DNA of 44,853 nt from a virus (Duplodnaviria; Heunggongvirae; Uroviricota; Caudoviricetes), in IMG/VR virus record IMGVR_UViG_3300045988_031537; one strand, written 5' to 3'. Both the position numbers and the translations under genes were made by a program. Below are positions 36,598 through 44,853 of this stretch, one piece after another. The notes below the pieces were generated by a model. That model ran no database searches. It worked only from the letters and a program-made list of their open reading frames with translations, and was not told the DNA's origin. The first letter of the stretch is position 1. Each line of letters starts with the position of its first letter.

Positions 36598-37119
36598 TTA
36601 TTTAAATCGCGCAGGCATTAACACCATAAAGGCCGTGTTTGAAAATTGTATTTTGCATCCTCTGGTTTGGTCCTGGAAATCAAAACGAGCAATTTCATTT
36701 TTGTATGCCTTAGAAATCTTGTACGCGTCTGCCAAATAACGCAGGGTGAACCCTATACTATCGACAACACCCGGTGTGATGTGCGCCACGCGTCTCCAGT
36801 CAGGAAAGTTTCCTTCTACAACATCTACCGGAAGTGTACATATAAGCGCACGATTATCGTCATAGAAAGATACACTGCCGTTGTCGTGGTTTACCTCCGC
36901 GTAGTTAAATTTAGAAGGCTCTCTCCCTTTGATGTCTATGAGAGTCCCTTTCTCAACGTTGGTCTTCACATTGTCGCAGAACAATCTATGACCGTCCGTA
37001 GACACTATCAATCCTTCAGGGTCTATGTAAAAAGCGTTCAAATAGTAGCGAACATCATTTTTAGCCCTGCATATTTTCGCCCCTACATACGCAGGGAAAG
37101 TAATTACTGTAGTAACCAT
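36598..37119 (-). CDS. Truncated DNA polymerase III beta sliding clamp (DnaN)-like protein
   Basis: NDVRYYLNAFYIDPEGLIVSTDGHRLF and EGNFPDWRRV match E. coli DnaN domain II (QDVRYYLNG...VATDGHRLA; DGRFPDYRRV); C-terminus AFMVLMPARF resembles YVVMPMRL. Only 173 aa versus about 366 for DnaN. Confidence 0.6.
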   Translation of the reverse strand: MVTTVITFPAYVGAKICRAKNDVRYYLNAFYIDPEGLIVSTDGHRLFCDNVKTNVEKGTLIDIKGREPSKFNYAEVNHDNGSVSFYDDNRALICTLPVDVVEGNFPDWRRVAHITPGVVDSIGFTLRYLADAYKISKAYKNEIARFDFQDQTRGCKIQFSNTAFMVLMPARFK

Positions 37120-37146
37120 TTCTCATCTCCTGTTTAAGTTAACTGA

Positions 37147-37175
37147 ATAGTACCCTATTATGTTGGTGCGCGCAA
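37147..37175 (-). promoter_or_regulatory. Sigma70-like promoter, TTGCGC-N17-TACTAT, for the clamp-like gene
   Basis: Same family as the promoters at 1439 and 24103. Confidence 0.45.
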
Positions 37176-37448
37176 ACTATTTATTTACGTATTCCAGTTA
37201 TTCCACTCAATTGTAAATGTTGGAATAAACTATTCGAATATTTGACTTTTCACTAAAAATATGATAAGCTCCACCTGAGCTTGTGAAGTATGAGCAAGCG
37301 ACCGCGGCGCGGCAGGTAACGGAGCTGGACGTAAGTCCTGAGTGTAGTTACGCTGACGCGTTCGGAAGGGCCATACTCTATTGCTTGTGTAAAAAGTAAC
37401 TGGTTTACTGAGATTACGCCGTTTCTATGTTTAAATGATAAGGACTAG

Positions 37449-37475
37449 CGCCCCGCTTTAAGGCGGGGCTTTACT
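37449..37475 (+). terminator. Terminator-like hairpin
   Basis: GCCCCGC-TTTAAG-GCGGGGC followed by TTTACTTAT. Confidence 0.45.
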
Positions 37476-37493
37476 TATCGAGAAAGGGGAAAC

Positions 37494-37880
37494 ATGAATC
37501 TTAAAGCAACTGTCGTAGCCGGAGCATGTTTCGTCGTCCTAGCCTACGCACACGGCATCTATCAATACCGCAGCGGCTGGGGTGAAGGCCGTGCTAATCT
37601 CGTTTCGCAGCAACAGCAGAAAGCACAGGCTGAGCTGACGAAGAAAACACAACGGCAGCAGCAGGATGAATCAAAGGCCGCCGCCGCTGACAACGAAGGC
37701 AAGACGAAATCAGAGGTGATTACCCGTGAAGTCGTTAAGTACATTAAAACGCCTGGCCGCAGCGTGTGCACTTTCGACGATGCTCGCGTCCTGCTCAAGT
37801 CCCACGCCGTTGCCAACGCCAATTCCATCCCCGGATACGACGATGATGCAGCCGCCGTGCAAACTGGCACCGCCAAGTAG
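37494..37880 (+). CDS. i-spanin (Rz-like)
   Basis: N-terminal transmembrane segment, Gln-rich coiled coil, embedded o-spanin ORF. Confidence 0.6.
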   Translation: MNLKATVVAGACFVVLAYAHGIYQYRSGWGEGRANLVSQQQQKAQAELTKKTQRQQQDESKAAAADNEGKTKSEVITREVVKYIKTPGRSVCTFDDARVLLKSHAVANANSIPGYDDDAAAVQTGTAK

Positions 37881-37989
37881 CGACGCTGACGAGGATTTAG
37901 CTATCGACGTTCAGAACGCCGAATGTGTACGGCAACTGAGACTGAAAGTGTTCATGTTGCAGGATTACGTGAGGAATATTCTGGAATAG
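37726..37989 (+). CDS. o-spanin (Rz1-like lipoprotein), overlapping and extending past the Rz gene
   Basis: GTG start after GAGGTG; lipobox LASC; proline-rich mature region. Confidence 0.55.
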   Translation: MKSLSTLKRLAAACALSTMLASCSSPTPLPTPIPSPDTTMMQPPCKLAPPSSDADEDLAIDVQNAECVRQLRLKVFMLQDYVRNILE

Positions 37990-38071
37990 TTGCCTTGTAT
38001 GTTGGAATAATTTATTCTTGACATGTAAATCCGGGAGGCCCGGATTCCAACGTCCAGGGGACATACTGACT

Positions 38072-38773
38072 ATGAATCGTTTTTTACACTATCCGTTCCA
38101 GGAAGAAGCTGGGGCAGAAGATAAATCTGGCGGTGGCGACGCTCCAAAAATGTTCACAGCCGAAGAAGTTCAGGCGCTGATTGAGAAAGAAGTTGCCGGA
38201 CTTAAGGCCAATCAGGAAGCATTGCTGGCGGAGAAGAAAGAAGCCGCCCGTAAAGCAAAAGAGGCCGAAGAGGAACGTCAGCGCGCGCACCAGGAGGCGC
38301 TAAAAGCCGCCGGTAAGATGGACGAGTTCGAAAAGACGATTCGTAGCCAGTATGACCCGGTGTTAGCCGAGAAAGATGGTCGCATCTCCAAAATGGCTGA
38401 GCGCATCCTCGGCAGCGAACGTAAAGCGGTGTTAGGCTCTTTCGCAGGTGACTTTATTACCCCGGAAGCAGTAGACATTCTTGCTCCGTTCGTTAAGACT
38501 GAGTTCGAAGGTGATGATGTGGTTACTAAGTTTGTTGGGCCAGACGGCGGTGTAATCACGACTGACCCTGAACAGTTCCGCAAATACCTGCGCGAACACA
38601 AAGCGTTTTCGCATTTGATTAAAGCAAATGCAGCTTCCGGCGGCGGGGCTTCCGGTGGCAAAGGCGGCGGGGCCGCACCAGCGTTTAAAGACATGAGTGA
38701 AGCGGAGCGTTTAGCTCTGTATAAATCGAACCCTGCCGAATTTGAACGGCAACTTAAAGCCCTGAGGAAATAA
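38072..38773 (+). CDS. Scaffolding protein
   Basis: Highly charged, predicted helical (...EALLAEKKEAARKAKEAEEERQRAHQEALKAAG...); directly upstream of the major capsid gene. Confidence 0.6.
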   Translation: MNRFLHYPFQEEAGAEDKSGGGDAPKMFTAEEVQALIEKEVAGLKANQEALLAEKKEAARKAKEAEEERQRAHQEALKAAGKMDEFEKTIRSQYDPVLAEKDGRISKMAERILGSERKAVLGSFAGDFITPEAVDILAPFVKTEFEGDDVVTKFVGPDGGVITTDPEQFRKYLREHKAFSHLIKANAASGGGASGGKGGGAAPAFKDMSEAERLALYKSNPAEFERQLKALRK

Positions 38774-38775
38774 TA

Positions 38776-39825
38776 ATGGCAATTACCACTATCGGCGATA
38801 TCGTAACTGGCAACATCCCGGTCCTGGCGTCTTATATGACCGAGGACCCGGTAGAAAAAACCGCGTTCTTCCAGTCCGGTATTCTTACCCCTACTCCGTA
38901 CGCCGCCGAGATTGCCCGCGGCCCGTCCAACGTCGCTAACATTCCTTTCTGGAAAGCGATTGATACTTCTATCGAGCCTAACTACTCGAACGACGTATAC
39001 CAGGACATCGCTACCCCGCGTAACGTGCAAACCGGCGAGATGATGGCGCGCGTTGCATACCTGAACGAAGGTTTTGGCCAGGCGGACCTGACTGTCGAAC
39101 TGACCAGCCAGAACCCGCTGCAATCCGTAGCGTCCCGTCTGGATAACTTCTGGCAGCGCCAGGCGCAACGCCGTCTGATCGCTACCGCGCTCGGTCTGTA
39201 CAATGACAACGTAGCCGCTACCGACGCATACCACGAGCAGAATGACATGGTTGTAGACGTGTCTGCTACTCTGGGCTTCGACGCAGGTGCGTTCATCGAC
39301 GCCACCCAGACTATGGGTGATGCGCTGATGGGCAACGGCGGAGAAGTGCTGGGTGCTATCGCGATGCACAGCTTCGTTTATGCGCAGGCCCGTAAGCAGC
39401 AGCTTATTGACTTCATCAAAGACGCCGACAACGACACACTGTTCGCCACCTACCAGGGTTACCGCGTGATTGTTGACGACAGCATGACCGTAGTCAACAC
39501 CGGCTCTAGCCGTAAGTTCATCTCCATTATCTTCGGTAACGGCGCTATCGGTTACGGTGAAGGTTCTCCGTCCAACCCGTTGGAATACGAGCGCGAAGCG
39601 TCTCGCGGCAACGGCGGTGGGGTAGAAACCCTGTGGACCCGTAAGACCTGGTTGCTGCACCCACTGGGCTACAGCTTTACCAGCGCAGTAATCACCGGTA
39701 ACGGCACCGAGACCGTCGCACGTTCTGCTTCATGGCAGGACCTGGCGAACGCCTCCAACTGGAACCGCGTTGTTGAGCGTAAGCATGTACCGATTGCCTT
39801 CCTGGTAACTGGTGTCGGTGCTTAA
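38776..39825 (+). CDS. Major capsid protein
   Basis: 349 aa after the scaffold gene, followed by a strong terminator. Confidence 0.75.
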   Translation: MAITTIGDIVTGNIPVLASYMTEDPVEKTAFFQSGILTPTPYAAEIARGPSNVANIPFWKAIDTSIEPNYSNDVYQDIATPRNVQTGEMMARVAYLNEGFGQADLTVELTSQNPLQSVASRLDNFWQRQAQRRLIATALGLYNDNVAATDAYHEQNDMVVDVSATLGFDAGAFIDATQTMGDALMGNGGEVLGAIAMHSFVYAQARKQQLIDFIKDADNDTLFATYQGYRVIVDDSMTVVNTGSSRKFISIIFGNGAIGYGEGSPSNPLEYEREASRGNGGGVETLWTRKTWLLHPLGYSFTSAVITGNGTETVARSASWQDLANASNWNRVVERKHVPIAFLVTGVGA

Positions 39826-39840
39826 GGTTAAGCTATAATC

Positions 39841-39866
39841 GAGAGGGACTTCGGTCCCTCTTTTCA
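39841..39866 (+). terminator. Rho-independent terminator
   Basis: GAGAGGGAC-TTCG-GTCCCTCTT followed by TTTCATTT. Confidence 0.6.
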
Positions 39867-39884
39867 TTTACTAAGAGGTAAATT

Positions 39885-40256
39885 ATGGCTAAGACTGGAA
39901 AAGGCTTGCCGCGCAGCCTTCAGAATGTCGACTTCGGCGACCTGGACATCAGCGTAGGCTAGGGAGAAGTAACAGGTAAACCGGCGGTAATCGCGGCGGG
40001 GGCGACCCAAGAGGCGGCACGTACCGCTATTGGTGCAGGTACGTCAAGCCTTGCGATCGGAACAACTTCGACTACCGCAATGGCGGGAAATAAGTTCGTT
40101 CAGGGTGCTGCGGTTACAGACGTCGGCACGCAGACCGTTACGGGTGAAGAGGCTGCCGCGGTTGCTACGTCCGCACAGACTGCGGTTAACGCGGTAGGCA
40201 CTCAACTTAACGCCTTACTGGCACAACTTCGTGCCGCTAAAATCATCGCATCCTGA
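39885..40256 (+). CDS. Ala/Thr/Gly-rich protein (possible head decoration or fibre) interrupted by an in-frame TAG at 39960-39962
   Basis: ATG 39885 with AAGAGG RBS; 25 codons, TAG, then 98 further in-frame codons with no internal start and no RBS before ATG 40080. Confidence 0.4.
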
Positions 40257-40267
40257 GGAGCTTAAAA

Positions 40268-40609
40268 ATGGTTGATGTAATTAAACGTCGTATTACTGGT
40301 GTGTCCGCCGATACCGTGGGTGCTAAAATCGATATGGCAAATATCTCGCCAGCGTCTTTCTCTTCCGCGCTGGCGGCTACTACCTCCGTTACCACAGGTG
40401 GAACCATGACACTGACCGTAACCGTAACGGGCGGTCTGGAGCCGTATTCCTACCAGTGGTACAAGAACAACAACGCTATCGCCGGGGCGAACGCTGTTCC
40501 CTATGTGAAGGCGTCCACTACTACCGCAGATTCCGGTACGTATAAAGTGGTTGTTCGCGATGTGTATGGTAATATTATCTCCAGCAACACTGTAGCAACT
40601 GTGTCTTAA
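40268..40609 (+). CDS. Ig-like domain protein
   Basis: PYSYQWYKNNNAIAGA...SGTYKVVVRD. Confidence 0.5.
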   Translation: MVDVIKRRITGVSADTVGAKIDMANISPASFSSALAATTSVTTGGTMTLTVTVTGGLEPYSYQWYKNNNAIAGANAVPYVKASTTTADSGTYKVVVRDVYGNIISSNTVATVS

Positions 40610-40828
40610 TGCGACGGCCCTTCGGGGCCGTAATAAGGAAAGGTCATGGCAGATAATTATGTAATCCGCGAAAAATACACCCACGTTGATGTTGTTGACG
40701 GTCAGGTAATGCCGGTTCGCGGTGTTGTAGAAGCGGATGAACTGGTTGCGGCTCAACCGGACAACGAAGAAGCGCACAACAACGGCGGTGGTACTAAGCG
40801 TCGTCGCCGTAAGTCAGAGGAATAATTT

Positions 40829-41341
40829 ATGCCGCTAATGGTGGAAACTGGGGTGATCGTCCCAAATGCCGACAGTTACATTAGTCTGGCTGACGCCCGC
40901 GCGTTAGCAGCTAATTATGGCCTTGAGCTGCCGGAAGACGATACCGCAGCAGAGGTGGCCTTACGCAACGGTGCTACTTATGTAGGGCTTGCAGAACCGC
41001 AGATGTGCGGTCGTCGAGTATCCGCCGAACAGTCTCTTGCATACCCCCGCACCGGCGTTACGTTAAACGGGTTCCCGGTGGCCAACAACGCCATTCCGAA
41101 ACAGGTGATTCTTGCGCAGGTAATCGCTGCCGCTACATATGGCGAGGGCACCGAAGTCCGGGCTAACTCAGACGGCCGCGCCGTGCAGACTGAGCGTGTC
41201 GAGGGTGCGGTAACAGTGACCTACTTCAACAATGGCAACAGTGGCGCTACGACCGCGATTACCGCTGCTGACGACGCTTTACGCCCGTTATTGTGTGGTG
41301 GTCTTAACAATGGTTTCTCGTTTAACGTGTACCGGGGTTAA
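40829..41341 (+). CDS. Putative head-tail connector/adaptor protein
   Basis: Position between capsid and tail genes; N-terminal ...YISLADARAL... resembles adaptor proteins. Confidence 0.4.
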   Translation: MPLMVETGVIVPNADSYISLADARALAANYGLELPEDDTAAEVALRNGATYVGLAEPQMCGRRVSAEQSLAYPRTGVTLNGFPVANNAIPKQVILAQVIAAATYGEGTEVRANSDGRAVQTERVEGAVTVTYFNNGNSGATTAITAADDALRPLLCGGLNNGFSFNVYRG

Positions 41342-41343
41342 AA

Positions 41344-41958
41344 ATGGCGAAGACTAAATCAGAGATATTCACGCTAATCGGTTCCGAGCTACCGGACAAC
41401 ACGACCGGACTTATTACGCCTGCGAAGTTGCGCGGGGTATTAACCCAGATGGCTGACTCACCTATTTACGCCACTCCGGGTGTTAAAGAGGTTGAAGTTC
41501 TCCGCGCTGCGTCGACAGTAGCGCAAGCGCCTACCGCAGTAGATACGGCGTTGCAGGTATCGTTCGGCTCTGCTCAGGGTAGTGCATCTGACCCGGTAAT
41601 GATTAATGCTGCGGGGTCGGTTACGTTCAACACCGCGGGTAACTACGCCGTTCGCATCAAGTTACAGGCAGGCCGCACTGGTGCTAGCGGAACCTCTATC
41701 TTGCTATCGCGTATTCTGGTTAATGGCGCACAATACGGCTCGCCAGCCGCTACGAAACTGGTAAGCGCGGATACTACAATTCCTATTGAGTCTCGTGTTG
41801 CTATTAACCCGACCGCAGGCCAGACGTTTGCCGTTCAGATTATGCGGGATAGCGCCGGGGGTAACTTCGGCGGCGTATACCCACAAGCCGCTACCGTAAC
41901 TGCATGGGGTACAGCGCCGTCCGCGCTATTGGTTATTTCGAGACTGGAGGCCGCCTGA
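41344..41958 (+). CDS. Putative structural (neck) protein
   Basis: Synteny only. Confidence 0.35.
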   Translation: MAKTKSEIFTLIGSELPDNTTGLITPAKLRGVLTQMADSPIYATPGVKEVEVLRAASTVAQAPTAVDTALQVSFGSAQGSASDPVMINAAGSVTFNTAGNYAVRIKLQAGRTGASGTSILLSRILVNGAQYGSPAATKLVSADTTIPIESRVAINPTAGQTFAVQIMRDSAGGNFGGVYPQAATVTAWGTAPSALLVISRLEAA

Positions 41959-42056
41959 TGAATAAGTTCACATGTGGTGTAGTTTTTGGTTTTCTTACCG
42001 CGGTAGCCTTGCACAGTTACGGTGTTCTTTTGACGCTGCAAGAGGTGCTAAAATGA
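41958..42056 (+). CDS. Possible 32-aa hydrophobic peptide
   Basis: MNKFTCGVVFGFLTAVALHSYGVLLTLQEVLK with ATGA overlaps on both sides. Confidence 0.2.
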   Translation: MNKFTCGVVFGFLTAVALHSYGVLLTLQEVLK

Positions 42057-42412
42057 GCACCGCTTTCAGTAAACGTATGCAAGGCGTCGGTACACGCCTG
42101 CTAACCAAATTCGGTAGCACGGTATCTCTTGTTCGCGCTGGCTCGAAAGTGTGGGATGAAGTTCTCGGGGAGTATGTCCGGTCCGCGGATGAAGTGCTGC
42201 CGTTGAAAGCTGTTCCGGTTCCTGTTAACGCAGGACTGGTGAACGGTACGACGATTCAGGCGGGAGACGTGATTGTTAAAGCCGATTGCAGCGTCGTACC
42301 GAAGATGGAAGACAAGGTACAATTCGGCGGCGAGCAATGGTCTGTCGTAGGTATCGAGAAGAAGATGGTTAACGATGATGTCGTGGCGTATTTTATTCAG
42401 GTGAGAAAATGA
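42053..42412 (+). CDS. Putative head-closure / neck protein
   Basis: ATG at 42053 after AGAGGTG; synteny. Confidence 0.4.
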   Translation: MSTAFSKRMQGVGTRLLTKFGSTVSLVRAGSKVWDEVLGEYVRSADEVLPLKAVPVPVNAGLVNGTTIQAGDVIVKADCSVVPKMEDKVQFGGEQWSVVGIEKKMVNDDVVAYFIQVRK

Positions 42413-42804
42413 GTTTCGCGCTTGATGTCTCTAAGTTCGTGGAAAAGGCGAAGAAGAATCCTGAGAAGGTGATGCGTCAGGTGTCTATTAAGCTGTTTTC
42501 CGCTATCATAAAGGCGAGTCCGGTAGATACAGGCCGCTTTCGTATGAACTGGATGGCATCTGGCGGTACTCCTGCTTCCGGGGTTACAGATGCTACGGAT
42601 AAATCAGGAAACACGGCAACCGGAAACGCTACAAGTTTCGTACTGAAAGCCGCAGACTGGCACGAGTTCACGCTGACAAATAATCTGCCGTATGCACAAC
42701 GGCTGGAGTATGGCTGGTCGCAGCAAGCGCCACAAGGATTTGTCCGGGTGAATGTGTCCCGCTTCCAGCAACTCATTAACGAAGAAGCCAACAAGGTGAA
42801 ATGA
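42409..42804 (+). CDS. Putative tail completion protein
   Basis: Synteny, coupled to neighbours. Confidence 0.4.
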   Translation: MSFALDVSKFVEKAKKNPEKVMRQVSIKLFSAIIKASPVDTGRFRMNWMASGGTPASGVTDATDKSGNTATGNATSFVLKAADWHEFTLTNNLPYAQRLEYGWSQQAPQGFVRVNVSRFQQLINEEANKVK

Positions 42805-43217
42805 TGGGCTACTTTGAGGACTTAACCAAAGCATTTGATGCGCCGCTGGTAGCCTTCGGAACAACCAACGGCATCAAGGTCTCGCTTGAAAACATCGACG
42901 CGCCGACGTCAACCGATACGCCGTATCTGGCAAGTTACATGTTACTTGCGGATACAGAACAGGCGGATTTGTTCTTCACAGAACAACGCTCAGGTGTTTA
43001 TCAGGTCGACATTAACTACGCATCGGTGAAAGGTAGCGCGCCAATCAATAAAATGGCAGACTTACTTAACACGGCATTTAAAGCAGGTAAGTCATTTTCA
43101 CGTAACGACATCTGCGCCGAGGTTCAATCGGTAAGCCTGGGGCCGCTGATTGTAGAAAACGGATGGGCCAAACGACCATTGTCAATTAACTTTATTGCAT
43201 TCACCAAGAGGCTGTAA
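42801..43217 (+). CDS. Putative tail terminator protein
   Basis: Immediately upstream of the major tail protein gene. Confidence 0.4.
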   Translation: MMGYFEDLTKAFDAPLVAFGTTNGIKVSLENIDAPTSTDTPYLASYMLLADTEQADLFFTEQRSGVYQVDINYASVKGSAPINKMADLLNTAFKAGKSFSRNDICAEVQSVSLGPLIVENGWAKRPLSINFIAFTKRL

Positions 43218-43219
43218 AT

Positions 43220-44386
43220 ATGGCTACAACTCCTTTTAAGGGCGCGAATACAGCGCAATTCTATGTGGCGGAAGTGACCCCGGGCGTAACACCTGATAAC
43301 CCGGTCTGGTCGCCGTTGCGTAACACGGGTGGCGTTCCTGCCATTACCCGTGACACACTGACCTCCAACGAACTGGATGGCAGTCGTGAAACTACGTCCA
43401 TCCGCACCGGTAACAAACAGGTTAGTGGAGAATACGCCATCGAGCTTAGTTCGAAAAGTCAGGACGACTGGTTGGCTGGTGCCTTAGGCTCTACGTGGCA
43501 ATCCGGTGTTTCTCTGTCCGGGCTGTCTATTACCGTCGCCCCGGCGGGAAAGACGTTCACCCGTGCTGATGGCAGCTTTATTACCGACGGCGTTGAAGTG
43601 GGCGACCTGATTGCGTTTACCGACTTAACAGGTGATAACGCCAAACCGTTTATCGTAACCGAGGTAAGTGCGACTGTTGTCACCGGTGCTGGTATCCAAC
43701 ATACGCTGACCACCGAGACCGCCACTACTGCGGCTAAAACTGGCGATAAGCTGGAAACCGGTAGCCAGTGTAAGACGTTCTCTATTCTCACATGGTACAA
43801 AGGCCAGTGTGGTGGGGCTGACGCGTACACGCTGACCAAAGGCGTGGAAGTTTCTGGCTTCACTATTGAGCAGGCCGTTAACGCTATGGTAACTGGCAGC
43901 TTCCCGTTCATCGGTCGCAGTCAGGAGATTCTCGCCACGCGGCCGTCTGGTTCTGATTTCTCTAAGGTGACTTTCACTGATGAGCCGTTCTCTTCGGTTG
44001 ACGTTTCTGTGTTCGACGGTTCCACGCCGTTGCGTTGCGATAGTCTGACCATTACCAACGATAACAGCGCGTCAGCACAGTTCGAACTCGGCAATACTAA
44101 TGTGGCGTTTGTGGAGCGTAGCCGCGCGGCTAACACCTTCTCCATCTCCGGCAAGCTGTACGACATGGCTATGATTCAGAAGTTTATCAACGAACAGCAG
44201 GTAGAGATTAACTCTATTCTGGCGGGGGTGAACGGGGCTATGTCTTTCAGTTTGAAACGTGCCGAGTTGACCGCAGTTACGCCAGAGATTGGCGGGCCTG
44301 AGTCAATCACTCAGAGCATAGAAGGACAGTCCACAGGCAACCAGTACCAGTCGTCTATTGTTATCCAGCGTATCACCTACGCATAA
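43220..44386 (+). CDS. Major tail protein
   Basis: 388 aa, Thr/Ser/Gly-rich, last gene of the neck series, followed by a strong terminator. Confidence 0.65.
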   Translation: MATTPFKGANTAQFYVAEVTPGVTPDNPVWSPLRNTGGVPAITRDTLTSNELDGSRETTSIRTGNKQVSGEYAIELSSKSQDDWLAGALGSTWQSGVSLSGLSITVAPAGKTFTRADGSFITDGVEVGDLIAFTDLTGDNAKPFIVTEVSATVVTGAGIQHTLTTETATTAAKTGDKLETGSQCKTFSILTWYKGQCGGADAYTLTKGVEVSGFTIEQAVNAMVTGSFPFIGRSQEILATRPSGSDFSKVTFTDEPFSSVDVSVFDGSTPLRCDSLTITNDNSASAQFELGNTNVAFVERSRAANTFSISGKLYDMAMIQKFINEQQVEINSILAGVNGAMSFSLKRAELTAVTPEIGGPESITQSIEGQSTGNQYQSSIVIQRITYA

Positions 44387-44388
44387 AA

Positions 44389-44415
44389 CTAAGGCCCCTT
44401 TCGGGGCCTTTTTCT
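44389..44415. terminator. Bidirectional terminator hairpin
   Basis: AAGGCCCC-TTTC-GGGGCCTT flanked by A/T runs, between convergent genes. Confidence 0.6.
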
Positions 44416-44646
44416 TTACTCATCAATATTATCCCTGTACTCCCGTAACTTCTCCAGGCTTTCAATTGCTTCTGCCAAGTCTGTTCCGGTGTCTTTGTGC
44501 CCGCGCAAGCCCATACACAAAAGTTTCTTTAATGCGTGCTGTAGTGCCGGGTCCCGGATATCGAAGGCGCGGAGCACATCATAAACGTCTACAGTCATGG
44601 TGCTGCCGTGGGTGTTTGTCATTGTGCGGTTGTACTTATTTGTCAC
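44416..44646 (-). CDS. Hypothetical protein (accessory island)
   Basis: 76-aa ORF, last gene of the leftward island. Confidence 0.4.
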   Translation of the reverse strand: MTNKYNRTMTNTHGSTMTVDVYDVLRAFDIRDPALQHALKKLLCMGLRGHKDTGTDLAEAIESLEKLREYRDNIDE

Positions 44647-44836
44647 GGTTAACTCTCTTAAATCGGGCTATGCCTGACTCGTTAATGCTGCCTATTTCAA
44701 AGAAGCTGCGATATTTAGGCGAATACATTCTTACGTCGCCGTTCTCTAGGGTTACCCCTTCATATACAGCGCCTACTTCGAATCCATTTTTCTCCGCGTA
44801 CGGACTCACATCGGTGCATTCATACATATCTTTCAT
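44636..44836 (-). CDS. Hypothetical protein (accessory island)
   Basis: 66-aa ORF; start lies in the terminal duplication and overlaps the stop of the phosphoesterase gene across the junction. Confidence 0.4.
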   Translation of the reverse strand: MKDMYECTDVSPYAEKNGFEVGAVYEGVTLENGDVRMYSPKYRSFFEIGSINESGIARFKRVNRDK

Positions 44837-44853
44837 CCCAGCATCTCCGGTGA
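44799..44853. repeat. 55-bp terminal duplication, identical to 1-55
   Basis: Exact identity with the window start. Confidence 0.9.

Noticed and set aside
38278-39660. 460-aa minus-strand ORF overlapping the scaffold and major capsid genes
   Set aside because: Antisense to two strongly supported structural genes; composition not protein-like; no start context.
40637-40826. Apparent small ORF between the Ig-like gene and the adaptor gene (MADNYVIREKYT...)
   Set aside because: Reading codon by codon, the ATG at 40645 hits a stop after 14 codons; only a 38-aa fragment remains in the other frame, so no gene is called.
1-44853. Search for tRNA genes, CRISPR arrays and an integrase
   Set aside because: No T-loop-like GGTTCGAATCC-type motif in any intergenic region, no regularly spaced direct repeats, and no tyrosine or serine recombinase-like ORF; the phage is probably virulent or relies on other functions.

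Overview
The window looks like a complete ~44.8 kb tailed-phage (siphovirus-like) genome, circularly permuted or terminally redundant: bases 1-55 are identical to 44799-44853. Plus strand: tail chaperone and tape measure, minor tail/tip and tailspike genes (1575-11854); an early block of small ORFs (24166-27200); holin, HNH endonuclease and endolysin (27276-28815); then small and large terminase, portal, head morphogenesis, spanins, scaffold, major capsid, neck and major tail proteins (31009-44386). Minus strand: a replication block (12019-23671) with SNF2-like helicase, VRR-NUC, family A DNA polymerase, SSB-like protein, Cas4-like nuclease and primase-helicase, plus an accessory island (44416 through the window junction to 1396). 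No integrase, tRNA or CRISPR array was seen. The most unusual items are an intein in the polymerase with an HNH endonuclease gene overlapping it in another frame, a truncated beta-clamp homologue, an in-frame amber codon in a gene after the capsid gene, and several homing-endonuclease insertions. All calls come from reading the sequence and the ORF track by eye; no database search was run.
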